Part shown: piece after piece, positions 51,963 through 64,000 of the stretch
Layout of the letters: every line of letters starts with the position of its first letter
Position numbering within the stretch: the stretch's first letter is position 1
DNA from: an uncultured delta proteobacterium
Lineage (GTDB): Bacteria > Desulfobacterota > Binatia > JACPRU01
Assembly (NCBI GenBank): GCA_963745025.1
Contig: CAVUWD010000014.1
Location: forward strand, 160,001 to 224,000
Direction: 5' to 3'
DNA: 64,000 nucleotides
Notes under the pieces: generated by a model
What the model was told of the DNA's origin: nothing
Databases searched by the model: none
The model's input: the letters and a program-made list of their open reading frames with translations, nothing else
Program-made: the position numbers and the translations under genes

Positions 51963-52775
51963 TCAGCCCCAGAAGCCTCCGCCCCCTTCCCCACCCTTCG
52001 CCTTCTTCACCTCCGCATCCATCCAGGCCTGGTACTGCTCCGGCGTGTCGATCGTCACGTAGCCGACCATGCGATAGTGGCCGAGCCCGCAGAGCTGCGC
52101 GCAATTGATCTGGTAGCTCCATTTCTCGTCGCTCTTTTGCTTCTTCATGTCGTCGCTCGTCACCGTCGGCACGAACCACACCGGCGTCGACATACCCGGA
52201 ATCGCATCCTGCTTCACCCGCATCTCCTGGATGGCGAAGCTGTGGATGACGTCGAGGCTCGAGATTTGGATGATCGCCGGCTTGCCGACCGGCAGATGGA
52301 GCTGGTTCACGGTCGTGACGTCGTCGGCAGCCGCCGGATCACCGCGATCGAGGCCGAGCGGATTCGATTGCGGATCGACGAGCTTGGGATCGGTCCTGCC
52401 GAACTTCCCGTCAGGCCCGGGATAGTGGATGTTCCAGGCAAACTGCTGTGCGACGGCCCGCACCACCGTCGCCTCGCCCTCTGGCGGGAATTGATTCACG
52501 CGCTCGGCCCAAAGCGGAATCGAGAATCCGAGGAGCAACACCGCCTCGGCGACGATCACGCCGATTTCGACGTAGGTCGAGGCGTGGTTCTGCACGCCTT
52601 CGGGATTCGCCTTGGGATTCTTCGAGGCACGAAAGCGCAGCAGGGCGAACACGAAATAGATGCTCCAGCCGACGAACAGAACGAGCATCAGCAGGTGCAC
52701 CCAGAGCGTCATGCGGTCGAGCGCGCCGCCATGCGCCGAAGCCAGCGCCGGAAGGTAGAGAATTCGCTGAACCAC
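51963..52775 (-). CDS. ctaC: Cytochrome c oxidase subunit II, without a cytochrome c domain
   Basis: QQFAW, DVIHSF, KQDAIPG, CuA motif CAQLCGLGHYRM. Confidence 0.92.
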   Translation of the reverse strand: MVQRILYLPALASAHGGALDRMTLWVHLLMLVLFVGWSIYFVFALLRFRASKNPKANPEGVQNHASTYVEIGVIVAEAVLLLGFSIPLWAERVNQFPPEGEATVVRAVAQQFAWNIHYPGPDGKFGRTDPKLVDPQSNPLGLDRGDPAAADDVTTVNQLHLPVGKPAIIQISSLDVIHSFAIQEMRVKQDAIPGMSTPVWFVPTVTSDDMKKQKSDEKWSYQINCAQLCGLGHYRMVGYVTIDTPEQYQAWMDAEVKKAKGGEGGGGFWG

Positions 52776-52776
52776 T

Positions 52777-53058
52777 CTAGACCCCCTTCTTCACCAAGCG
52801 GAGAGCCGGCCGCGGCATCGGATCGCGGAATTCGCGCGCCCGCCGCCGCAGGTAGACCAGGAAGAACAACCCGAAGCCGACCTCCACCAAGACGATCACG
52901 GCGAGCAGGAACCACACCCCCATCTCCGCGCTCTTGGTGAGAGGCGAGTTCGGGTCGCCGAAGCAGATCGGGCACGCGGTCGCAGAGCCGCGCGAAGCGA
53001 GCAAGGCGGCGAGCGCCACCCCGAGAAGCGCCGGGAGCGTCGGTCGAGGCGGCCTCAT
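52777..53058 (-). CDS. Small exported/membrane protein with CPIC motif
   Basis: Signal-like segment, ACPICFG, then a TM helix; ATGA-coupled. Confidence 0.65.
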   Translation of the reverse strand: MRPPRPTLPALLGVALAALLASRGSATACPICFGDPNSPLTKSAEMGVWFLLAVIVLVEVGFGLFFLVYLRRRAREFRDPMPRPALRLVKKGV

Positions 53059-53259
53059 GGCCGGATCCCCTTCATCTTCTTCAGGAACCAGTTGCCGTAT
53101 GCCGAGAGCCCGACGGCGATCACGAACGAGCCGATACCCGCCGCGAGGTAGCGCTCCGCCACCGACGTCGCGAAACCTCCATACGCACCACGCCCCGAAC
53201 CCGATGCACGTGGCGATCGCCATCGAGATGAACAGAAGATGAATGTTCTTGAGCCCCAT
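53055..53259 (-). CDS. Small 2-TM protein (one frameshift)
   Basis: MGLKNIHLLFI...WCVW joined to ...YGNWFLKKMK in the adjacent frame. Confidence 0.6.
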
Positions 53260-53274
53260 CGAGCCGCCACAGGA

Positions 53275-53586
53275 TCAGACATGAACGTGGTCGAGGGTCG
53301 TGAGAATCGGCAGAAACATCAGCACGAGGAAGAACGCCACCGTGAACGCCAGGATGAGGAAGATCACGTGCCGCTCGGAGATCAGGTGCATGAAGAAGAG
53401 CGCCACCAAGCTCGCTTTGAAGATCGCGATGGCGAGCGCCACCAGCACCGCGTTGTGCACCTCGAGATGCAGGTACGAGACCCCCACCGTGATCGCGGTC
53501 AAGGCGATCAGCGCCACGAACACGACCATGTAGCCGCGGACTTGCCTGTCGATCTCAGCGGGGTGGCTGACTGTGTGATTTTGCAT
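53275..53586 (-). CDS. ctaF: Cytochrome c oxidase subunit IV
   Basis: Y..VF.AL..LT..TV, KASLVALFFMHL. Confidence 0.88.
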   Translation of the reverse strand: MQNHTVSHPAEIDRQVRGYMVVFVALIALTAITVGVSYLHLEVHNAVLVALAIAIFKASLVALFFMHLISERHVIFLILAFTVAFFLVLMFLPILTTLDHVHV

Positions 53587-53601
53587 GTCCACCTCGGCGG
53601 C

Positions 53602-54202
53602 TCAAAGTAGGTACAGCACCGGGAACAGGAAGATCCAGACGATGTCGACGAAGTGCCAGAAGAGGCCTGCGTTCTCGACGCGATTGATGAGCAGCTGCCG
53701 CTCTCCGGCGTCCCAGTAGCTGCGGCCGGCGAGCCAGAAGAAGCCGTTCACCGCCATGCCGCAGATCACGTGCAGCGCGTGCAGGCCCGTCATCGTGAAG
53801 TAGACGGCGAGGTACGTGCTCGTCCACGGGAACATCTCTTCGTGGAAGTGGCTCGTGTATTCGACGTACTTGATGCAGAGAAAAACGAAGCCGAGCCCGA
53901 CCGTGGCGCCGGCGAACATTTGAAACTTCTTGAGGTCGCTTCGCTCGAGCGAGGCCCACGCCATGACCATCGTCACGCTCGAGGTGATCAGCACGACCGG
54001 TGTTCAGCGTACCGAGCGGAACGTTCTGCGCCTCCCAGCCGCGCGGCCACGTCACGGCGCCGAGCCGCATCACGATGTAGGTTGCGAAGAACGCGCCGAA
54101 CAGCATGATCTCCGAGGCGAGGAAGAGCCAGATGCCGATCTTGCCGTTGGTGAGACCGGTGTCCTCCCGGGGCTCGGTGATGTACGGAATCAATCCTTCC
54201 AT
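53602..54202 (-). CDS. ctaE: Cytochrome c oxidase subunit III (one frameshift ~53995)
   Basis: [32 protein letters not shown]. Confidence 0.9.
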
Positions 54203-54205
54203 CGG

Positions 54206-55972
54206 TCACGCCTCCTGGGTCTGCGGAGCGAAGTCCTCGGCGTAGCCCGCGGGGCTGTAGTCGTACGGGCCGCGATAGACGACCGGCGGATGATCGAAAT
54301 TGCCGTGCGGTGGCGGTGACGGAGCCTGCCACTCGATCGTCGTTGCGTGCCAGGGATTGCGATCGACGGCCTCTCCGCTCCGTAAGCTCCAGAAGAAGTT
54401 GATGATGAACGGGATCTGCGCGAGGGCAAGGAACCACGCCGACCACGAGCTCAGCGTGTTCAGGCCAAGCACGTGCTGCGCGTAGGCGTATGACGCGCCG
54501 CCGTCGTAGAGCCGGCGCGAGACGCCGGCGAGCCCGAGCCAGAACATCGGCATGAAGACCCCGTTCATGAAGATGAACGACATCCAGAAGTGAACCTTGC
54601 CGAGCGTCTCGTTCATCCTCCGGCCGGTCGCCTTCGGGTACCAGTAGTAGATGCCCGGCGAAGAGCGCGAAGATCGTTCCCGGCGCCACCACGTAGTGGA
54701 AGTGGCCGATCACGTAGTAGGTGTCGTGCAGGTGGATGTCCGCCGAGGCGAGGCCGAGCGGCAGTCCGGTCAAGCCCCCGATGCCGAACATCGGCAGGAA
54801 CGCGAGCGCGAACAGCATCGGCGTGTTGAAGCGAATCGAGCCGCCCCAGAGCGAGAGGAGGAGCGCCGAGCAGGATCACCACCGACGGGATCGAGATGAT
54901 CATCGTCGTCGTCTGGAAGAACGTCGCCATCGCGTGCCCATGCCGGTGATGAACATGTGGTGCGCCCAGACGATGAACGACATGAAGCCGAGGAAGAGCA
55001 GCGAGTAGACCATCGGCGCGTAGCCCCAGAGCGGCTTGCGGGTGTTGTTGGCGATCACCTCGGCGACGATGCCCATCGCCGGCAGGATCAGCACGTAGAC
55101 CTCGGGGTGGGCGAGGAACCAGAAGAGGTGCTGCCAGAGGAGCGGGTTGCCGCCGCCGGCGACCGGCAGCGCCTGGCCGCTCACCACGAGGCCCGTCGGC
55201 AGGAAGAAGCTCGTTCCGGCGACCCGGTCCATGAGCTGCAGGACCGCCGCGGCCTCGAGCGGCGGGAAGGCGAGCAGCAGCAGGAACGAGGTCACGAACT
55301 GCGCCCAGACGAAGAACGGGAAGCGCCAGAAGGTCATGCCCTGGCGCGCGAGCTGGATCGTCGTGACGATGAAGTTGATCGAGCCGAGCAGCGACGAGGT
55401 GATGAGGAAGCACCATGCCGATGAGCCACCGGTCTGGCCCGGGATCGATGTCGGCGAGCGGCGCGTAGGACGTCCAGCCGGACTGCGCCGCGCCGCCCGG
55501 GAGGAAGAAGCTCGCCAGCATCACGAAGCCGCCGACGCACGAAGAACTAGTAGCTCGCCATGTTGATGCGCGGGAACGCCATGTCGGGGGCGCCGATCTG
55601 CAGCGGCAGCACGAAGTTGCCGAAGCCGCCGACGCCGAGCGGCACGACGCCGAGGAAGACCATGATCGTGCCGTGCATCGCGCCGAGCTGGTTGTAGAAC
55701 TCGGGCAGCATCACGCCGCCCGGCATCCGCGCCTCGCCGAGGAGCGCGCCGAGGAGCGGCAGCGGCGGCCCGGGTAGGCGAGCTGCCAGCGCATCAGCAT
55801 CATCAGGCAGAAGCCGAAGAACAGGAACAGCAGCCCGGTCACCGCGTACTGGATGCCGATCGTCTTGTGGTCGGTCGAGAAGACGTACTTGCGCCAGAAC
55901 CCGGGCTCCTCGTGACGTGCTCGTGGGCCGCGGCGCGCGTGCGCGTGCGGCTGTCTCGCCATGCGCTTCCAT
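54206..55972 (-). CDS. ctaD: Heme-copper oxidase subunit I, A1-like (several frameshifts)
   Basis: [48 protein letters not shown]. Confidence 0.9.
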
Positions 55973-56031
55973 GGTTACTCCAGTCGCTCGTCTCCCGATG
56001 CACCGCGGCGGATCGCGGCCGCGGTGCGTCG

Positions 56032-56774
56032 CTACTTGGCGGCCGGGGCGCGAGAACTTGAAGTCGACGGTCTTCGTGTCGCGTCGCGCCGACCGTCACC
56101 TTCGCGGTCTTCGTGCCGAGCTTCTCGTGCCAGGCCTCGATCTCGTACGTGCCCGCGGGCAGGTTCGCGATCGTGAACTTGCCGTCGTCCTTCGTCACCG
56201 CGAAGAACGGGTGTCGAAGACGCCGACGGTAGGCGGTCATCCAGGGGTGCACGTCGCACTTGACCACGAACATCGCCCTCCTCCTTGCCGAAGGTGCTCG
56301 CGCCTCCTTGCGGGTCGGCGGCATCGCCATGTTGAACTGGCGGTTCACCTTCGGCAGCGCGTGCACGTTGTGGAGGATGCCGTCGCAGTTCAGCACCTTG
56401 ACGGCTGGCCGACCATGATGCCCATCACGTGCGGCACGTACTGGCAGCCCTTCTGGTCCATCACCACGGGCTCCTTCGGCGCCGGATAGGTCTTGCCGGC
56501 CGGCAGGCCGCTCATCACGCGCACCATGATGTTGGCCATCGTGTTGCCGCCGGGCCGAGCACGAGCATCTCGTTCGGCGACCGGTCGTGTGCTTCTTCGC
56601 GCAGATCGGCTCGGCGTCCATGGCGAGCGGCTTCAGGTTCGGGACCTTGCCGTCGTAGGTGACGGTGCCGGTGACCGTCCCGGCGAAGGCGGCCACGACG
56701 AGAGCAGCAACGACGAGCCGGCTCCCGACGGCCAGCAGACTGCTCTCGAACACGCTCGGTACAGACCGGAACAT
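56032..56774 (-). CDS. Periplasmic cupredoxin-like / carboxypeptidase-regulatory-like protein (frameshifted)
   Basis: [48 protein letters not shown]...AWHE.LG. Confidence 0.75.
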
Positions 56775-56795
56775 TGTCTCCCCTCCCGATCGTTC

Positions 56796-58024
56796 TCACA
56801 CGTTTTCGAACGCCAGCGACTCGGCCAGCCGCGGGTCGCCCACCGGCACCAGCGGCGCGCCGACTCGACACCCACCCGAAGGCGGCGAGAAAGAACCCGC
56901 CGACCGCGAGGACGGGTCGGCGTCCAGCGGCCCCGGACCGCGCTCCGCGCCGTGGATGCGACGGGCATCACGACACCAGTAGACGTCCACGAGGTGCATC
57001 AGCGAGCAGCCAGAGCGCCGCCGCCACGAGCAGTCGGCGCGGTGCGCTTGATGCGCCGCGGCAGCAGGAAGAAGAACGGCATCACGAAGTGCCCGACCGC
57101 GAGCAGCGTCGCCGATCGCCGGCCACGAGCCCTCGGACCGACGTCATGATACCAGATCGTCTCCTCGGGGATGTTGCCGTACCAGATCAGGAAGTACTGC
57201 GAGAAGGCGATGTAGGCCCAGAAGACCGTGAAGGCGAAGAGCAGCTTGCCGAGGTCGTGCAGGTGCTCGACGGTGACCACGCCGCGGAGCAGGCCCGCGC
57301 GATGGACGAACGGCGAGCGAGCGACCAGGAACGCGAAGGCCGCGAGCAGCGAGCCGGAGAAGGAGTAGACGCCGAAGATCGTCGAGTACCATCCGGGCTC
57401 GAGCGACATCAGCCAGTCGAACGCGGCGAACGTGTGCGTGAGGCCGAACGGGATGAGCAGCGGCGCCGCCACCGCGCCGAGGCGCGCGGCGATGCGCTCC
57501 GTCACCGGTCTCGTCCTGCTGCCGCGACAGGCGCGGGAACCAGAGCGCGAGCGCCGACCACGACGGCGAAGTAGAAGATCGCGCGCAGGAGGAAGAACGC
57601 CTCGTTCAGGTACGGCCGCTTCCTCTGCAGAACGGGGTTCTTGGCGACCTCGGCGGCATCGGTCCAGGGGTAGAGCTCGTGCCGGCCGAGCCAGATCGGC
57701 ACGAAGAGGAGCGCGAAGACGGGCAGCGTCGCCATCGACGTTCTCGGCCACGCGGCGCACCACGACGCCCCAGGCCGCCCTGCGTCGCGGTGTGGATCAG
57801 CACGAAGTAGAGGCAGCCGAGGGCGATGGTCAGGAAGTAGACGAAGGCGACGAGCCAGGCGAAGTACGCGGCGCCGTGGCCCGACGAGAGCGCGAGCGAG
57901 CGCGACGAGGCCGACCGCGCCGAGCGACGGCCAGCCGAGCCGAGGAACGGCAGGCGCGTCCGACGGGTGCCCGGCCGGGAGGCGGGCGGCGCCGGCGTCG
58001 ACGGCACGCGAGCTCGTCGCTCAC
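56796..58024 (-). CDS. actF: Second ActF (frameshifted)
   Basis: DWLMSLEPGWYSTIFG, HDLGKLLFAF, WAYIAFSQYFLIWYGNIPEE, PVGDPRLAESL. Confidence 0.88.
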
Positions 58025-58039
58025 CGCTTCGTGCGCTCC

Positions 58040-58607
58040 TCACGCGGCCAGCCACTCGATCCCGGCCGCGCCCGGCGTCGCGCAGCGAGCTCGCTCGGTC
58101 TCGTCGGGTCGAACTTCGGGTCCCCGGCCTCGATCGAGATGAAGAAGCGGTCGTCGGTGACGCGCTCGAACGCGGGCGAGCCGAAGAGCGGGTGGTAGTG
58201 CCGCGGCAGCTCGGTTGAGGGCGAGCATGCCGAGCGACCGCGCCGAGAGCGCCGCCGAGCAGCACGCCGAGCTCGAACGTGACCGGCACGTACGCCTGCC
58301 AGGCGAAGAGCGGCTTGCCGCTGATCACGAGCGGGTACGCGATGCGCGTTCACCCAGATCTGCAGCGCGAAGCCGCCGACGCGCGCCGCAGAGTCCGAAG
58401 ACGAGCACGATCCACGGCAGCCGCGAGCGGCCGAGGCCCATCGCGCGGTCGAGGCCGTGGACCGGGAACGGCGTGTGCGCGTCCCAGCGCGTGTAGCCGG
58501 CGTCGCGCACCTGCTCGCAGGCCGCGGTAGAGCGCCTTCGGCGAGCTCGAACTCGGCGAGCAGCCCGAACGTCTCTGCCCGCGGGAGCGCCGGAACGACC
58601 AGCGGCA

Positions 58608-58608
<1 letters not shown>
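58040..58608 (-). CDS. actD: Second ActD (frameshifted)
   Basis: FGLLAEF, WDAHTPFPVHG, SGKP, VPVTFEL, HPLF, DRFFISIE. Confidence 0.88.
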
Positions 58609-60064
<1,456 letters not shown>

Positions 60065-60129
60065 CGACCTAGGGGCCCAGCCTCCTCACGCCCATCGACC
60101 GCCCTTTTCGAAGGATTGGTCGGCGGTTA

Positions 60130-60156
60130 ACTATAAATCCCTCCTCGCGGGGTCAA
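60130..60156 (-). promoter_or_regulatory. Candidate sigma70 promoter for the actC2 operon
   Basis: Minus-strand TTGACC-N15-TATAGT about 65 bp upstream of the actC2 start. The spacer is shorter than ideal. Confidence 0.4.
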
Positions 60157-60175
60157 GGCATTTCTCAACGTTTCC

Positions 60176-60416
60176 GTGATGCCTCAGTCTTCGCCTCCGG
60201 CGCTCGAGATCCGGAAGCGCTGGATTTTCCGGTCGGCCCGGATTCGGGTCGACCGGAAAATCCAGCCACCGCGCGCAAGCGCGGAAGACGATAGACCAGT
60301 GTCGAGGGTTATTGTCTTCCGCGCTCCGCGCGGTTGCGGTCGATTGTGATCGACCCGAGTACGGGCCGACCACAACCGACCGCGTCCGTCTCCTCGAGCG
60401 TCGTGCGAAAACTGAT
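60176..60416. mobile_element. Three-hairpin palindromic element (family A), copy 3
   Basis: GTGATGCCTCAGTCTTCGC...GCGAAAACTG closing stem; GCTGGATTTTCCGGTCG/CGACCGGAAAATCCAGC; AGCGCGGAAGAC/GTCTTCCGCGCT; GCGGTCG..CCCGAGTACGG..CGACCGC. TCTCAACGT occurs at 60163 and 60427. Confidence 0.8.
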
Positions 60417-60537
60417 CGGGTGCGGGTCTCAACGTCCCCTTCCTCCGCGGCTTCGATCGTCAAGATGACCCACCACCCTGGAGGTGGCCTCCCCGCCCTC
60501 CTAGTCTCTTGGACGCCACTCTGATAGCTACGGTCTC

Positions 60538-61413
60538 GTGTTTACTGGCTCGCTCGTTCCCATCATCACACCGTTCAAGCAGGGTAAGGTCGACCGCGAT
60601 GGTCTCGAGCGCGTGATCGAGCACGTGCTCGCCGGCGGCTCGGACGGGCTCATCCCCTGCGGCACGACCGGCGAATCGGCAACGCTCAGTCACGAGGAGC
60701 ACGAGGAGGTCATCCGCTGGACGATCGAGATCGCCCGCAAGCGGGTGCCGGTGATCGCCGGCACCGGGTCGAACTCGACGGCCGAAGCGATCCGCCTGAC
60801 CCAGAGCGCCGAGAAGGCAGGCGCCGAGGGCGCGCTGCTGATCTCGCCCTACTACAACAAGCCGACCCAGGAAGGGATCTTCCAGCACTACAAGGCGGTC
60901 GCCGAAGCTACGCGCTTACCGATTCTCGTCTACAACATTCCGGGGCGGACCGGGTCGAAGATCGAGCCGGCGACGCTCGCGCGCATGGCCAAGGTGCCGC
61001 GCATCGTCGGCGTGAAGGAGGCGACCGGGGCGATCGAGACGACGATCGAGATCATCGCCGCCGCGGGCAGCGAATTCGGAGTTTACAGCGGAGAAGACAC
61101 GCTCAACTTCCCGATTCTCGCCGCGGGCGGCAAGGGATTGATCTCGGCGGTGGCCAACGTCGCGCCAAAAGCGCTCGCCGACATGGCACATGCCGCGGCC
61201 GCGGGCCGGTGGGAGGATGCCCGGCGCATCCACTTCGAGCTGCTCGCGCTCGTCAAGGTCTTGTTCGTCGAGACCAACCCGATCCCGGTGAAGACCGCGT
61301 GCGCGCTGCTCGGGCTGTGTAGCGCCGAGATGCGCTTGCCACTCACGCCGATGTCCGAGGGAAACCTCGCCAAGCTGAAGCAGGTTCTCGCCGACTACAA
61401 GCTCGTGCGCTGA
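60538..61413 (+). CDS. dapA: 4-hydroxy-tetrahydrodipicolinate synthase
   Basis: GTTGESATL, GTGSNST, PYYNKPTQEG, YNIPGRT, GVKEA, ETNPIPVK. Confidence 0.97.
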   Translation: MFTGSLVPIITPFKQGKVDRDGLERVIEHVLAGGSDGLIPCGTTGESATLSHEEHEEVIRWTIEIARKRVPVIAGTGSNSTAEAIRLTQSAEKAGAEGALLISPYYNKPTQEGIFQHYKAVAEATRLPILVYNIPGRTGSKIEPATLARMAKVPRIVGVKEATGAIETTIEIIAAAGSEFGVYSGEDTLNFPILAAGGKGLISAVANVAPKALADMAHAAAAGRWEDARRIHFELLALVKVLFVETNPIPVKTACALLGLCSAEMRLPLTPMSEGNLAKLKQVLADYKLVR

Positions 61414-61414
61414 G

Positions 61415-62224
61415 ATGAGCGTCAAACTCGTCGTCTGCGGCGCGGCCGGCCGCATGGGGCGGCTGATCGTCGGCCTGATTCGCGACACCGAAGGCGCAAC
61501 GCTCGTCGGCGCGGTCGAGGCGGACGGGCACACGGCCCTCGGGCGCGACGCCGGAGAGCTGGCCGGGGGCGGCCCGCTCGGCGTCACGCTCACCGCCGAC
61601 TATGCTTCGGTCGCCAAGCCCGACACCGTGACCTTGGATTTCACGATCGCGCCGGCGGCCCTCGCGCATCTGCGGACCGCGTCCGAAACGGGTGCCGCGA
61701 TCGTCGTCGGCACGACCGGCTTCTCGGGCGAAGAGAGTCGCGAGGCACAGGCGCTCGCTACGAAGACGCGGACGATCATCGCCGCCAACATGAGCGTCGG
61801 CGTGAACGTTCTCCTGAAGCTCGTCGCCGACGCGGCTCACCTGCTCGGCCCCGGCTTCGATGGCGAGATCTCGGAGCTCCACCATCGCATGAAGGTCGAC
61901 GCACCGAGCGGCACGGCGATCGCGCTCGCGCGCGCCGTGGCGAACGCGACCGGCCGCGAGCTCGAGCGCTCGCAGGTCTCCGCGCGCCAAGGGATGACGG
62001 GCAAGCGGCGAGATGACGAAATCGGCGTGATGGCGCTCCGTGGTGGCGACGTCGTCGGCGATCACACCGTGTATTTCCTCGGCCAGGGCGAGCGGCTCGA
62101 GCTCACCCATCGCGCGCAGAGCCGCGAGTGCCTGGCGCGCGGCGCGGTTCGCGCCGGCCTCTGGCTCGGAGAGCAGAGGAAGCCCGGGCTCTATACGATG
62201 GCCGACGTGCTCGGAACGGGATGA
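61415..62224 (+). CDS. dapB: 4-hydroxy-tetrahydrodipicolinate reductase
   Basis: GAAGRMG, DFT, GTTG, ANMSVG, ELHHRMKVDAPSGTA, RGGDVVGDH. Confidence 0.97.
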   Translation: MSVKLVVCGAAGRMGRLIVGLIRDTEGATLVGAVEADGHTALGRDAGELAGGGPLGVTLTADYASVAKPDTVTLDFTIAPAALAHLRTASETGAAIVVGTTGFSGEESREAQALATKTRTIIAANMSVGVNVLLKLVADAAHLLGPGFDGEISELHHRMKVDAPSGTAIALARAVANATGRELERSQVSARQGMTGKRRDDEIGVMALRGGDVVGDHTVYFLGQGERLELTHRAQSRECLARGAVRAGLWLGEQRKPGLYTMADVLGTG

Positions 62225-62306
62225 ACGGACTTCCGACTTCAGGCTTCCGAAAAACAGTCCTCGAGGTCTCTGCCGAAGCTGAGCTCAGAAGCCGGAAACC
62301 CGTTTT

Positions 62307-63065
62307 ATGAAGCTCGGCCTCTGCATCCGCAACATGGGCCCGCAGTCCACGCGGGCGACTCTTCTCGAGTGCGCACGGCTCGCCGAACAGGCGGCGATCG
62401 ATCACCTCTGGGTCGCCGACCACGTGGCGATTCCGCCCGACCAGGCGGAGGGATCCGGTGGGCGCTATCTCGACCCGCTGGCCACTCTCGCCTTCCTCGC
62501 TGCGGCGACGGAGAAGATCGGTCTCGGCACCGGCGTCCTCGTCGTCCCCTACCGCCCCCCCCTCGCGACGGCCAAATGGATCGCGACGATCCAGGAGCTC
62601 TCGGGTGGACGGTTCCACTGCGGGGTCGGCGCGGGATGGATGGAGCCCGAGTTCCGCGTCGTCGGTGTCGCGCGGGAACGGCGCGGAGCGATCACGGATC
62701 ATACGCTGGAATTCCTTCATCGCTGCTTTGCCGCCAACGAAGTCGAGGAAGCCGGTGTGCGCTTCCTGTTCTTGCCGCGGCCGAAGCGCCCGCCCATCTA
62801 TGTCGGCGGTTCGGGTCGGCCGGCGATGCTGAGAGCGGCGCGGTTCGGCGACGGCTGGATGCCGAGCGGGGGCGACCCGCAGAAGCTCGGGGTCGCGATC
62901 ACCGAGCTTCGCGCGCTCTTTGCAGCCGCCGGCAAGCCCGCTCCCGAAGTGATCGCGCTCACCTCGCTACCGCTCGACGAGCCGGACAAGGCGACCGAGA
63001 GAGCACGCTCGCTCGCGGCCGTCGGCGTGACCGCGGTCGTGCATGCGTGCTCGCTACTCCGATAG
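62307..63065 (+). CDS. LLM-class (possibly F420-dependent) oxidoreductase
   Basis: WVADH, DPLATLAFLAAAT, LGTGVLV.PYR, SGGR, PPIYVGG, GDGW. Confidence 0.88.
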   Translation: MKLGLCIRNMGPQSTRATLLECARLAEQAAIDHLWVADHVAIPPDQAEGSGGRYLDPLATLAFLAAATEKIGLGTGVLVVPYRPPLATAKWIATIQELSGGRFHCGVGAGWMEPEFRVVGVARERRGAITDHTLEFLHRCFAANEVEEAGVRFLFLPRPKRPPIYVGGSGRPAMLRAARFGDGWMPSGGDPQKLGVAITELRALFAAAGKPAPEVIALTSLPLDEPDKATERARSLAAVGVTAVVHACSLLR

Positions 63066-63128
63066 CGCTGCGTTCGGCCGGAACGCAGACGTGCTGGCGG
63101 AGCGAATTCGCCCGGCTCTGGAGGGGAC

Positions 63129-64000
63129 GTGAGCCAAGTGCCGCGGTTCGGTACGTCGGCGGCGCCCCGCCTCACGGTCTCCACGAATTGCCCGAACTGC
63201 GGCGCCGCGATCGACTTCGGCGAAGGGACCAATGCGCTCGAGTGCGACCACTGCCGCTCCCGCCTGCTCGTCACCGGGCACGGGCGGGTGCTCTCCTATT
63301 TCGTGTCGCCGAAGCTGGATGCCCCGCTCGCCATCTCGATCGCACGATTCGCCGAGACGGAAACGGCTGGGCCGTTGCGCACGGGCGAGGCCCGTCTCGT
63401 CTTCCTTCCTTATTATCGGCTGACCGCGATCGATCTCCGCTGGCAGCGGCCCGAGCCCGAGCGTCGCGAGGAGCCTCCCGATCCGTCCGACTACGATCCC
63501 GACAATTTTCGCATCGCCGCGCTGATGGCTCGGCTCGCCGAGCAAGACCTCGCCGACGACATCGAGTGTCGCGATCGTGCGATCGAGCGGAATTTCCTCG
63601 CCATCGACATCCCGAGCCCCGCTCTATACTCGCTCGGCATGCGCCCGAATGCGCTGCGGCTCGAGCTCTATCGGTGCGAAGCGCTCGCCAGTCTCGGGAG
63701 CCTCGTCGGGGCGGAGATGACGGTGGACGCGGCGCTGGAGATCGGACACAAGACGGGCGAGGGACCCGACGTCGCCTGCCGGGCGGTGGTCGGCGCGGTC
63801 TTGTCGATCGTCTACTTCCCCTTCTGGTTCGTCGAAATCCGCCGCCCGCAATCGCGCTCTCTGACGATCGTCGACGGCGTCTCGCAAGCGATCGTCGAGC
63901 GGGGCTTGCGCGCGGAGCTCCTCCAGCGGCTCGGCCGCCCGGCGACCGGCTCGCCGAGCGTCGTCGGCTTCCGGCCGCTGGTCTGTCCGAACTGCGGCTG
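63129..64000 (+). CDS. Hypothetical zinc-finger protein; runs off the window
   Basis: GAGGGG RBS + GTG; CPNCGA...CDHC at the N-terminus, another CPNCG at the window end; frame appears open throughout. Confidence 0.7.
   Translation, partial: MSQVPRFGTSAAPRLTVSTNCPNCGAAIDFGEGTNALECDHCRSRLLVTGHGRVLSYFVSPKLDAPLAISIARFAETETAGPLRTGEARLVFLPYYRLTAIDLRWQRPEPERREEPPDPSDYDPDNFRIAALMARLAEQDLADDIECRDRAIERNFLAIDIPSPALYSLGMRPNALRLELYRCEALASLGSLVGAEMTVDAALEIGHKTGEGPDVACRAVVGAVLSIVYFPFWFVEIRRPQSRSLTIVDGVSQAIVERGLRAELLQRLGRPATGSPSVVGFRPLVCPNCG

Noticed and set aside
60131-60463. 110-aa ORF similar to a frame at 16.4-16.6 kb, as a novel protein family
   Set aside because: The similarity comes from the shared repeat element. 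Different copies are read in different frames and strands, which argues against protein-level selection.
60176-60537. Lysine riboswitch upstream of dapA
   Set aside because: The structure is the dispersed family A element, also found inside respiratory operons, and lysine-riboswitch consensus features were not seen.

Overview
GC-rich bacterial window, probably a Deltaproteobacteria-like lineage such as Ca. Binatia or Myxococcota; this is inferred from gene content and order only. From left to right it carries: (i) pentose-phosphate genes tal-tkt-rpiA and small housekeeping genes; (ii) a complete alternative complex III (actA-B-C-D-E-F-G) + SCO + caa3-type (A2) oxidase operon on the minus strand; (iii) argH-lipoprotein-lysA-dapF; (iv) a ~34.6 kb block lying between dapF and dapA-dapB. 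That block holds an S8 protease, SCO-hemH-hemY, and a plus-strand actA-actB-actE + CydA-like (bd-like) + cytochromes c + ethylbenzene-dehydrogenase-type heme protein module. It continues with a USP/Mrp/radical-SAM set carrying five PCP_red-like domains, then a convergent actC-actD-actF + A1-like oxidase operon. Most notable non-coding signals: a ~250 bp three-hairpin palindromic element in three copies with compensatory base changes; palindromic repeats inserted in frame in front of signal peptides; and a recurring 'relay micro-ORF' pattern (RTGA...ATGA, spacing 3n-1) bridging intergenic gaps. Many genes at 16.6-18.7 kb, 25-28 kb and 53-60 kb are broken by single-base indels that look like sequencing error. 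No rRNA, tRNA, CRISPR array, integrase or transposase was recognised.
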